Part shown: piece by piece, positions 30,801 through 45,100 of the stretch | How the letters are laid out: each line of letters begins with the position of its first letter | Numbering within the stretch: position 1 is the first letter of the stretch | Assembly (NCBI RefSeq): GCF_009914755.1 | Contig: NC_060937.1 | Length of the DNA: 64,000 nt | Origin: the human T2T-CHM13v2.0 reference genome, Homo sapiens | Direction: 5' to 3' (one strand) | Made by a program: the position numbers and the translations under genes | Notes under the pieces: generated by a model | Told to the model about the DNA's origin: nothing | What the model saw: only the letters and a program-made list of their open reading frames with translations | Databases searched by the model: none

Positions 30801-33690
30801 AAAATATCAAAGTACCCAAACTATACATTATATACTGTACATAAAATATGAAATTATATCAAATATATTTTATATTAGGTACATAAAATATGAAAGTACA
30901 TCAAATATAGATTATATACTGTACATTATATACCAAAGTACCCCAAATATATATTTTATACTGTACATGAAATATCAAAGTTCACAAACTATATATTATA
31001 TACTGTACATATAATATCAAAGAACCCAAGGTATATATTCTATACTGTACAAAAAATAACAAAGTACCAAAAGCATGTATTATATACTGTACCTAAAATA
31101 TGAAAGTACATCAAATATATATTTTATTCTGTACATAAAATATCAAAGTACACCAGATATATATTCTATAGTGTACATAAAATATCAAAGTACCCAAACT
31201 ATACATTATATACTGTACATAAAATATGAAATAACATCAAATATATTTTATATTAGGTACATAAAATATGAAAGTACATGAAATATAGATTATATACTGT
31301 ACATAAAATATCAAGGTACCCCAAATATATATTATATACTCTACATGAAATATCAAAGTTCACAAACTATATATTATATACTGTACATAAAATATCAAAG
31401 TACCCAAGGTATATATTCTATACTGTACAAAAAATAACAAAGTACCAAAAGCATGTATAATATACTGTACATAAAATATGAAAGTACATCAAATATATAT
31501 TTTATTCTGTACATAAAATATCAAAGTACACCAGATATATATTCTATAGTGTACATAAAATATCAAAGTACCCAAACTATACATTATATACTGTAAATAA
31601 AATATGAAATTACATCAAATATATTTTATATTAGGTACATAAAATATGAAAGTACATCAAATATATATTTTATTCTGTACATAAAATATCAAAGTACACC
31701 AGATATATATTCTATAGTGTACATAAAATATCAAAGTACCCAAACTATACATTATATACTGTACATAAAATATGAAATTACATCAAATATATTTTATATT
31801 AGGTACATAAAATATGAAAGTACATCAAATATAGATTATATACAGTACATTAAATACCAAAGTACCCCAAATATATATTTTATACTGTACATGAAATATC
31901 AAAGTTCACAAACTATATATTATATACTGTACATATAATATCAAAGTACCCAAGGTATATATTCTATACTGTACAAAAAATATCAAAGTACCCAAGCATG
32001 CATTATATACTGTATATAAAATATGAAAATACATTAAATATATATTTTATTCTGTACATAAAATATCAAAGTACACCAGATATATATTCTATAGTGTACA
32101 TAAAATAACAAAGTACACAAACTATAAATTATATACTGTACGTAAAATATGAAATTACATCAAATATATATTAGGTACATAAAATATGAAAGTACATCAA
32201 ATATAGATTATATACTGTACATATAATATCAATGTACCCCAAATATATATTTTATACTCTACATGAAATATCAAAGTTCACAAACCATATATTATATACT
32301 GTACATAAAATATCAAAGTACCCAAGGTATATATTCTATACTGTACAAAAAATATCAAAGTACCCAAAGCATGTATTATATACTGTACATAAAATATGAA
32401 AGTACATCAAATATATATTTTATTCTGTACATAAAATATCAAAGTACACCAGATATATATTCTATAGTGTACATAAAATATCAAAATACCCAAACTATAC
32501 ATTATATACTGTACATAAAATATGAAATTACATCATATATATATTTTATTAGGTACATAAAATATGAAAGCACATCAAATATAGATTATATACTGTACAT
32601 TAAATACCAAAGTACCCCAAATATATATTTTATACTGTACATCAAATATAAAAGTTCACAAACTATATATTATATACTGTACATAAAATATCAAAGTACC
32701 CAAGGTATATATTCTATACTGTACAAAAAATATCAAAGTACCCAAAGCATGTATTATATACTGTACATAAAATATGAAAGTACATCAAATATATATTTTA
32801 TTCTGTACATAAAATATCAAAGTACACCAGATATATATTCTATAGTGTACATAAAATATCAAAGTACCCAAACTATACATTATATACTGTACATAAAATA
32901 TGAGATTACATCAAATATATATTATATTAGCTACATAAAATATGAAAGTACATCAGATATAGATTATATACTATACATAAAATATCAAAGTACCCCAAAT
33001 ATATATTATATACTCTACATGAAATATCAAAGTTCACAAACTATATATTATATACTGTACATAAAATATCAAAGTACCCAAGGTATATATTCTATACTGT
33101 ACAAAAAATACCAAAGTACCCAAAGCATGTATTATATACTGTATACAAAATATGAAAATACATTAAATATATATTTTATTCTGTACATAAAATATCAAAG
33201 TACACCAGATATGTATTCTATAGTGTACATAAAATAACAAAGTACACAAACTATAAATTATATACTGTACATAAAATATGAAATTACATCAAATATATTT
33301 TATATTAGGTACATAAAATATGATAGTACATCAAATATATATTTTATTCTGTACATAAAATATCAAAGTACACCAGATATATATTCTATAGTGTACATAA
33401 AATAACAAAGTACAAAAACTATACATTATATACTGTACATAAAATATGAAATTACATCAAATATATTTTATATTAGGTACATAAAATATGATAGTACATC
33501 AAATATATATTTTATTCTGTACATAAAATATCAAAGTACACCAGATATATATTCTATAGTGTACATAAAATATCAAAGTACCCAAACTATACATTATATA
33601 CTGTACATAAAATATGAAATTACATCAAATATATTTTATATTAGGTACATAAAATATGAAAGCACGTCAAATATAGATTATATACTGTAC
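23025..33690 (+). repeat. Tandem macro-repeat, period 5151 bp, ~2 copies
   Basis: ORF offsets 23257/28408/33559, 23859/29010, 24718/29869, 25642/30793 and 27112/32263 all equal 5151. A shared 1-bp deletion CCCAAGCATGC sits at ~26841 and ~31992. 123x42 - 15 + 1 - 1 = 5151. Confidence 0.93.
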
Positions 33691-36600
33691 ATTAAATACC
33701 AAAGTACCCCAAATATATATTTTATACTGTACATCAAATATAAAAGTTCACAAACTATATATTATATACTGTACATAAAATATCAAAGTACCCAAGGTAT
33801 ATATTCTATACTGTACAAAAAATATCAAAGTACCCAAAGCATGTATTATATAGTGTACATAAAATATGAAAGTACATCAAATATATATTTTATTCTGTAC
33901 ATAAAATATCAAAGTACACCAGATATATATTCTATAGTGTACATAAAATATCAAAGTACCCAAACTATACATTATATACTGTACATAAAATATGAGATTA
34001 CATCAAATATATATTATATTAGCTACATAAAATATGAAAGTACATCAGATATAGATTATATACTGTACATAAAATATCAAAGTACCCCAAATATATATTA
34101 TATACTCTACATGAAATATCAAAGTTCACAAACTATATATTATATACTGTACATAAAATATCAAAGTACCCAAGGTATATATTCTATACTGTACAAAAAA
34201 TAACAAAGTACCAAAAGCATGTATAATATACTGTACATAAAATATGAAAGTACATCAAATATATATTTTATTCTGTACATAAAATATCAAAGTACACCAG
34301 ATATATATTCTATAGTGTACATAAAATATCAAAGTACCCAGACTATACATTATATACTGTAAATAAAATATGAAATTACATCAAATATATTTTATATTAG
34401 GTACATAAAATATGAAAGTACATCAAATATATATTTTATACTGTACATAAAATATCAAAGTACACCAGATATATATTCTATAGTGTACATAAAATATCAA
34501 AGTACCCAAACTATACATTATATACTGTACATAAAATATGAAATTACATCAAATATATATTATATTAGGTACATAAAATATGAAAGCACATCAAATATAG
34601 ACTATATACTGTACATTAAATACCAAAGTACCCCAAATATATATTTTATACTGTACATCAAATATAAAAGTTCACAAACTATATATTATATACTGTACAT
34701 AAAATATCAAAGTACCCAAGGTATATATTCTGTACTGTACAAAAAATATCAAAGTACCCAAAGCATGTATTATATACTGTACATAAAATATGAAAGTACA
34801 TCAAATATATATTTTATTCTGTACATAAAATATCAAAGTACACCAGATATATATTCTATAGTGTACATAAAATATCAAAGTACCCAAACTATACATTATA
34901 TACTGTACATAAAATATGAGATTACATCAAATATATATTATATTAGCTACATAAAATATGAAAGTACATCAGATATAGATTATATACTGTACATAAAATA
35001 TCAAAGTACCCCAAATATATATTATACACTCTACATGAAATATCAAAGTTCACAAACTATATATTATATACTGTACATAAAATATCAAAGTACCGAAGGT
35101 ATATATTCTATACTGTACAAAAAATATCAAAGTACCCAAAGCATGTATTATATACTGTATACAAAATATGAAAATACATTAAATATATATTTTATTCTGT
35201 ACATAAAATATCAAAGTACACCAGATATGTATTCTATAGTGTACATAAAATAACAAAGTACACAAACTATAAATTATATACTGTACGTAAAATATGAAAT
35301 TACATCAAATATATATTAGGTACATAAAATATGAAAGTACATCTAATATAGATTATATACTGTACATATAATATCAATGTACCCCAAATATATATTTTAT
35401 ACTGTACATGAAATATCAAAGTTCACAAACCATACATTATATACTGTACATAAAATATCAAAGTACCCAAGGTATATATTCTATACTGTACGAAAAATAT
35501 CAAAGTACCCAAAGCATGTATTATATACTGTACCTAAAATATGAAAGTACATCAAATATATATTTTATTCTGTACATAAAATATAAAAGTACACCAGATA
35601 TATATTCTATAGTGTACATAAAATATCAAAGTACCCAAACTATACATTATATACTGTACATAAAATATGAAATTACATCAAATATATTTTATATTAGGTA
35701 CATAAAATATGAAAGTACATCAAATATAGATTATATACTGTACATTAAATACCAAAGTTCCCCAAATATATATTTTATACTGTACATGAAATATCAAAGT
35801 TCACAAACTATATATTATATACTGTACATATAATATCAAAGAACCCAAGGTATATATTCTATACTGTACAAAAAATAACAAAGTACCAAAAGCATGTGTA
35901 ATATACTGTACATAAAATATGAAAGTACATCAAATATATATTTTATTCTGTACATAAAATATCAAAGTACACCAGATATATATTCTATAGTGTACATAAA
36001 ATAACAAAGTACCCAAACTATACATTATATACTCTAAATAAAATATGAAATTACATCAAATATATTTTATATTAGGTACATAAAATATGAAAGTACATCA
36101 AATATATATTTTATTCTGTACATAAAATATCAAAGTACACCAGATATATATTCTATAGTGTACATAAAATATCAAAGTACCCAAACTATACATTATATAC
36201 TGTACATAAAATATGAAATTATATCAAATATATTTTATATTAGGTACATAAAATATGAAAGTACATCAAATATAGATTATATACTGTACATTATATACCA
36301 AAGTACCCCAAATATATATTTTATACTGTACATGAAATATCAAAGTTCACAAACTATATATTATATACTGTACATATAATATCAAAGAACCCAAGGTATA
36401 TATTCTATACTGTACAAAAAATAACAAAGTACCAAAAGCATGTATTATATACTGTACCTAAAATATGAAAGTACATCAAATATATATTTTATTCTGTACA
36501 TAAAATATCAAAGTACACCAGATATATATTCTATAGTGTACATAAAATATCAAAGTACCCAAACTATACATTATATACTGTACATAAAATATGAAATAAC

Positions 36601-39600
36601 ATCAAATATATTTTATATTAGGTACATAAAATATGAAAGTACATGAAATATAGATTATATACTGTACATAAAATATCAAGGTACCCCAAATATATATTAT
36701 ATACTCTACATGAAATATCAAAGTTCACAAACTATATATTATATACTGTACATAAAATATCAAAGTACCCAAGGTATATATTCTATACTGTACAAAAAAT
36801 AACAAAGTACCAAAAGCATGTATAATATACTGTACATAAAATATGAAAGTACATCAAATATATATTTTATTCTGTACATAAAATATCAAAGTACACCAGA
36901 TATATATTCTATAGTGTACATAAAATATCAAAGTACCCAAACTATACATTATATACTGTAAATAAAATATGAAATTACATCAAATATATTTTATATTAGG
37001 TACATAAAATATGAAAGTACATCAAATATATATTTTATTCTGTACATAAAATATCAAAGTACACCAGATATATATTCTATAGTGTACATAAAATATCAAA
37101 GTACCCAAACTATACATTATATACTGTACATAAAATATGAAATTACAACAAATATATTTTATATTAGGTACATAAAATATGAAAGTACATCAAATATAGA
37201 TTATATACAGTACATTAAATACCAAAGTACCCCAAATATATATTTTATACTGTACATGAAATATCAAAGTTCACAAACTATATATTATATACTGTACATA
37301 TAATATCAAAGTACCCAAGGTATATATTCTATACTCTACAAAAAATATCAAAGTACCCAAAGCATGCATTATATACTGTATATAAAATATGAAAATACAT
37401 TAAATATATATTTTATTCTGTACATAAAATATCAAAGTACACCAGATATATATTCTATAGTGTACATAAAATAACAAAGTACACAAACTATAAATTATAT
37501 ACTGTACGTAAAGTATGAAATTACATCAAATATATATTAGGTACATAAAATATGAAAGTACATCAAATATAGATTATATACTGTACATATAATATCAATG
37601 TACCCCAAATATATATTTTATACTCTACATGAAATATCAAAGTTCACAAACCATATATTATATACTGTACATAAAATATCAAAGTACCCAAGGTATATAT
37701 TCTATACTGTACAAAAAATATCAAAGTACCCAAAGCATGTATTATATACTGTACATAAAATATGAAAGTACATCAAATATATATTTTATTCTGTACATAA
37801 AATATCAAAGTACACCAGATATATATTCTATAGTGTACATAAAATATCAAAATACCCAAACTATACATTATATACTGTACATAAAATATGAAATTACATC
37901 ATATATATATTTTATTAGGTACATAAAATATGAAAGCACATCAAATATAGATTATATACTGTACATTAAATACCAAAGTACCCCAAATATATATTTTATA
38001 CTGTACATCAAATATAAAAGTTCACAAACTATATATTATATACTGTACATAAAATATCAAAGTACCCAAGGTATATATTCTATACTGTACAAAAAATATC
38101 AAAGTACCCAAAGCATGTATTATATACTGTACATAAAATATGAAAGTACATCAAATATATATTTTATTCTGTACATAAAATATCAAAGTACACCAGATAT
38201 ATATTCTATAGTGTACATAAAATATCAAAGTACCCAAACTATACATTATATACTGTACATAAAATATGAGATTACATCAAATATATATTATATTAGCTAC
38301 ATAAAATATGAAAGTACATCAGATATAGATTATATACTATACATAAAATATCAAAGTACCCCAAATATATATTATATACTCTACATGAAATATCAAAGTT
38401 CACAAACTACATATTATATACTGTACATAAAATATCAAAGTACCCAAGGTATATATTCTATACTGTACAAAAAATACCAAAGTACCCAAAGCATGTATTA
38501 TATACTGTATACAAAATATGAAAATACATTAAATATATATTTTATTCTGTACATAAAATATCAAAGTACACCAGATATGTATTCTATAGTGTACATAAAA
38601 TAACAAAGTACACAAACTATAAATTATATACTGTACATAAAATATGAAATTACATGAAATATATATTAGGTACATAAAATATGAAAGTACATCAAATATA
38701 GATTATACACTGTACATATAATATCAATGTTCCCCAAATATATATATTATAGTGTACATGAAATATCAAAGTTCACAAACCATACGTTATATACTGTACA
38801 TAAAATATCAAAGTACCCAAGGTATATATTCTATACTGTACGAAAAATATCAAAGTACCCAAAGCATGAATTATATACTGTACCTAAAATATGAAAGTAC
38901 ATCAAATATATATTTTATTCTGTACATAAAATATCAAAGTACACCAGATATATATTCTATAGTGTACTTAAAATATCAAAGTACCCAAACTATACATTAT
39001 ATACTGTACATAAAATATGAAATTACATCAAATATATTTTATATTAGGTACATAAAATATGAAAGTACATGAAATATAGATTATATACTGTACATTAAAT
39101 ACCAAAGTTCCCCAAATATATATTTTATACTGTACATGAAATATCAAAGTTCACAAACTATATATTATATACTGTACATATAATATCAAAGTACCCATGG
39201 TATATATTCTATACTGTACAAAAAATAACAATGTACCAAAAGCATGTGTAATATACTGTACATAAAATATGAAAGTACATCAAATATATATTTTATTCTG
39301 TACATAAAATATCAAAGTACACCAGATATATATTCTATAGTGTACATAAAATATCAAAGTACCCAAACTATACATTATATACTGTAAATAAAATATGAAA
39401 TTACATCAAATATATTTTATATTAGGTACATAAAATTTGAAAGTACATCAAATATATATTTTATTCTGTACATAAAATATCAAAGTACACCAGATATATA
39501 TTCTATAGTGTACATAAAATATCAAAGTACCCAAACTATACATTATATACTGTACATAAAATATGAAATTACATCAAATATATATTATATTAGGTACATA

Positions 39601-42149
39601 AAATATGAAAGTACATGAAATATAGATTATATACTGTACATAAAATATCAAGGTACCCCAAATATATATTATATACTCTACATGAAATATCAAAGTTCAC
39701 AAACTATATATTATATACTGTACATAAAATATCAAAGTACCCAAGGTATATATTCTATACTGTTCAAAAAATAACAAAGTACCAAAAGCATGTATAATAT
39801 ACTGTACATAAAATATGAAAGTACATCAAATATATATTTTATTCTGTACATAAAATATCAAAGTACACCAGATATATATTCTATAGTGTACATAAAATAT
39901 CAAAGTACCCAAGGTATATATTCTATACTGTATGAAAAATATCAAAGTACCCAAAGCATGTATTATATACTGTACATAAAATATGAAAGTACATCAAATA
40001 TATATTTTATTCTGTACATAAAATATCAAAGTACACCAGATATATATTCTATAGTGTACATAAAATATCAAAGTACCCAAACTATACATTATATACTGTA
40101 CATAAAATATGAAATTACATCAAATATATTTTATATTAGGTACATAAAATATGAAAGTATATCAAATATAGATTATATACAGTACATTAAATACCAAAGT
40201 ACCCCAAATATATATTTTATACTGTACATGAAATATCAAAGTTCACAAACTATATATTATATACTGTACATATAATATCAAAGTACCCAAGGTATATATT
40301 CTATACTGTACAAAAAATATCAAAGTACCCAAAGCATGCATTATATACTGTATATAAAATATGAAAATACATTAAATATATATTTTATTCTGTACATAAA
40401 ATATCAAAGTACACCAGATATATATTCTATAGTGTACATAAAATAACAAAGTACACAAACTATAAATTATACACTGTACGTAAAATATGAAATTACATCA
40501 AATATATATTAGGTACATAAAATATGAAAGTACATCAAATATAGATCATATACTGTACATATAATATCAATGTACCCCAAATATATATTTTATACTCTAC
40601 ATGAAATATCAAAGTTCACAAACCATATAATATATACTGTACATAAAATATCAAAGTACCCAAGGTATATATTCTATACTGTACAAAAAATATCAAAGTA
40701 CCCAAAGCATGTATTATATACTGTACATAAAATATGAAAGTACATCAAATATATATTTTATTCTGTACATAAAATATCAAAGTACACCAGATATATATTC
40801 TATAGTGTACATAAAATATCAAAATACCCAAACTATACATTATATACTGTACATAAAATATGAAATTACATCAAATATATATTATATTAGGTACATAAAA
40901 TATGAAAGCACATCAAATATAGATTATACACTGTACATTAAATACCAAAGTACCCCAAATATATATTTTATACTGCACATCAAATATCAAAGTTCACAAA
41001 CTATATATTATATACTGTACATAAAATATCAAAGTACCCAAGGTATATATTCTATACTGTACAAAAAATATCAAAGTACCCAAAGCATGTATTATATACT
41101 GTACCTAAAATATGAAAGTACATCAAATATATATTTTATTCTGTACATAAAATATCAAAGTACACCAGATATATATTCTATAGTGTACATAAAATATCAA
41201 AGTACCCAAACTATACATTATATACTGTACATAAAATATGACATTACATCAAATATATATTATATTAGCTACATAAAATATGAAAGTACATCAGATATAG
41301 ATTATATACTGTACATAAAATATCAAAGTACCCCAAAGATATATTATATACTCTACATGAAATATCAAAGTTCACAAACTATATATTATATACTGTACAT
41401 AAAATATCAAAGTACACAAGGTATATATTCTATACTGTACAAAAAATATCAAAGTACCCAAAGCATGTATTATATACTGTATACAAAATATGAAAATACA
41501 TTAAATATATAATTTATTCTGTACATAAAATATCAAAGTACACCAGATATGTATTCTATAGTGTACATAAAATAACAAAGTACACAAACTATAAATTATA
41601 TACTGTACGTAAAATATGAAATTACATCAAATATATATTAGGTACATAAAATATGAAAGTACATCAAATATAGATTATATACTGTACATATAATATCAAT
41701 GTACCCCAAATATATATTTTATACTGTACATGAAATATCAAAGTTCACAAACCATACATTATATACTGTACATAAAATATCACAGTACCCAAGGTATATA
41801 TTCTATACTGTACGAAAAATATCAAAGTACCCAAAGCATGTATTATATACTGTACCTAAAATATGAAAGTACATCAAATATATATTTTATTCTGTACATA
41901 AAATATCAAAGTACACCAGATATATATTCTATAGTGTACATAAAATATCAAAGTACCCAAACTATACATTATATACTGTACATAAAATATGAAATTACAT
42001 CAAATATATTTTATATTAGGTACATAAAATATGAAAGTACATCAAATATAGATTATATACTGTACATTAAATAACAAAGTTCCCCAAATATATATTTTAT
42101 ACTGTGCATGAAATATCAAAGTTCACAAACTATATATTATATACTGTAC

Positions 42150-45100
42150 ATATAATATCAAAGTACCCAAGGTATATATTCTATACTGTACAAAAAATAA
42201 CAAAGTACCAAAAGCATGTATAATATACTGTACATAAAATATGAAAGTACATCAAATATATATTTTATTCTGTACATAAAATATCAAAGTACACCAGATA
42301 TATATTCTATAGTGTACATAAAATATCAAAGTACCCAAACTATACATTATATACTGTAAATAAAATATGAAATTACATCAAATATATTTTATATTAGGTA
42401 CATAAAATATGAAAGTACATCAAATATATATTTTATTCTGTACATAAAATATCAAAGTACACCAGATATATATTCTATAGTGTACATAAAATATCAAAGT
42501 ACCCAAACTATACATTATATACTGTACATAAAATATGAAATTACATCAAATATATTTTATATTAGGTACATAAAATATGAAAGTACATCAAATATAGATT
42601 ATATACAGTACATTAAATACCAAAGTACCCCAAATATATATTTTATACTGTACATGAAATATCAAAGTTCACAAACTATATATTATATACTGTACATATA
42701 ATATCAAAGTACCCAAGGTATATATTCTATACTGTACAAAAAATATCAAAGTACCCAAAGCATGCATTATATAGTATATATAAAATATGAAAATACATTA
42801 AATATATATTTTATTCTGTACATAAAATATCAAAGTACACCAGATATATATTCTATAGTGTACATAAAATAACAAAGTACACAAACTATAAATTATATAC
42901 TGTACGTAAAATATGAAATTACATCAAATATATATTAGGTACATAAAATATGAAAGTACATCAAATATAGATTATATACTGTACATATAATATCAATGTA
43001 CCCCAAATATATATTTTATACTCTACATGAAATATCAAAGTTCACAAACCATATATTATATACTGTACATAAAATATCAAAGTACCCAAGGTATATATTC
43101 TATACTGTACAAAAAATATCAAAGTACCCAAAGCATGTATTATATACTGTACATAAAATATGAAAGTACATCAAATATATATTTTATTCTGTACATAAAA
43201 TATCAAAGTACACCAGATATATATTCTATAGTGTACATAAAATATCAAAATACCCAAACTATACATTATATACTGTACATAAAATATGAGATTACATCAA
43301 ATATATATTATATTAGGTACATAAAATATGAAAGCACATAAAATATAGATTATATACTGTACATTAAATACCAAAGTACCCCAAATATATATTTTATACT
43401 GTACATCAAATATAAAAGTTCACAAACCATATATTACATACTGTACATAAAATATCAAAGTACCCAAGGTATATATTCTATACTGTACAAAAAATATCAA
43501 AGTACCCAAAGCATGTATTATATACTGTACATAAAATATGAAAGTACATCAAATATATATTTTATTCTGTACATAAAATATCAAAGTACACCAGATATAT
43601 ATTCTATAGTGTACATAAAATATCAAAGTACCCAAACTATACATTATATACTGTACATAAAATATGAGATTACATCAAATATATATTATATTAGCTACAT
43701 AAAATATGAAAGTACATCAGATATAGATTATATACTGTACATAAAATATCAAAGTGCCCCAAATATATATTATATACTCTACATGAAATATCAAAGTTCA
43801 CAAACTATATATTATATACTGTACATAAAATATCAAAGTACCCAAGGTATATATTCTATACTGTACAAAAAATATCAAAGTACCCAAAGCATGTATTATA
43901 TACTGTATACAAAATATGAAAATACATTAAATATATATTTTATTCTGTACATAAAATATCAAAGTACACCAGATATGTATTCTATAGTGTACATAAAATA
44001 ACAAAGTACACAAACTATAAATTATATACTGTACGTAAAATATGAAATTACATCAAATATATATTAGGTACATAAAATATGAAAGTACATCAAATATAGA
44101 TTATATACTGTACATATAATATCAATGTACCCCAAATATATATTTTATACTGTACATGAAATATCAAAGTTCACAAACCATACATTATATACTGTACATA
44201 AAATATCAAAGTACCCAAGGTATATATTCTATACTGTACGAAAAATATCAAAGTACCCAAAGCATGTATTATATACTGTACATAAAATATGAAAGTACAT
44301 CAAATATATATATTATTCTGTACAGAAAATATCAAAGTACACCAGATATATATTCTATAGTGTACATAAAATATCAAAGTACCCAAACTATACATTATAT
44401 ACTGTACATAAAATATGAAATTACATCAAATATATTTTATATTAGGTACATAAAATATGAAAGTACATCAAATATAGATTATATACTGTACATTAAATAC
44501 CAAAGTTCCCCAAATATATATTTTATACTGTGCATGAAATATCAAAGTTCACAAACTATATATTATATACTGTACATATAATATCAAAGTACCCAAGGTA
44601 TATATTCTATACTGTACAAAAAATAACAAAGTACCAAAAGCATGTATAATATACTGTACATAAAATATGAAAGTACATCAAATATATATTTTATTCTGTA
44701 CATAAAATATCAAAGTACACCAGATATATATTCTATAGTGTACATAAAATATCAAAGTACCCAAACTATACATTATATACTGTAAATAAAATATGAAATT
44801 ACATCAAATATATTTTATATTAGGTACATAAAATATGAAAGTACATCAAATATATATTTTATTCTGTACATAAAATATCAAAGTACACCAGATATATATT
44901 CTATAGTGTACATAAAATATCAAAGTACCCAAACTATACATTATATACTGTACATAAAATATGAAATTACATCAAATATATTTTATATTAGGTACATAAA
45001 ATATGAAAGTACATCAAATATAGATTATATACTGTACATTAAATACCAAAGTACCCCAAATATATATTTTATACTGTACAGGAAATATCAAAGTTCACAA

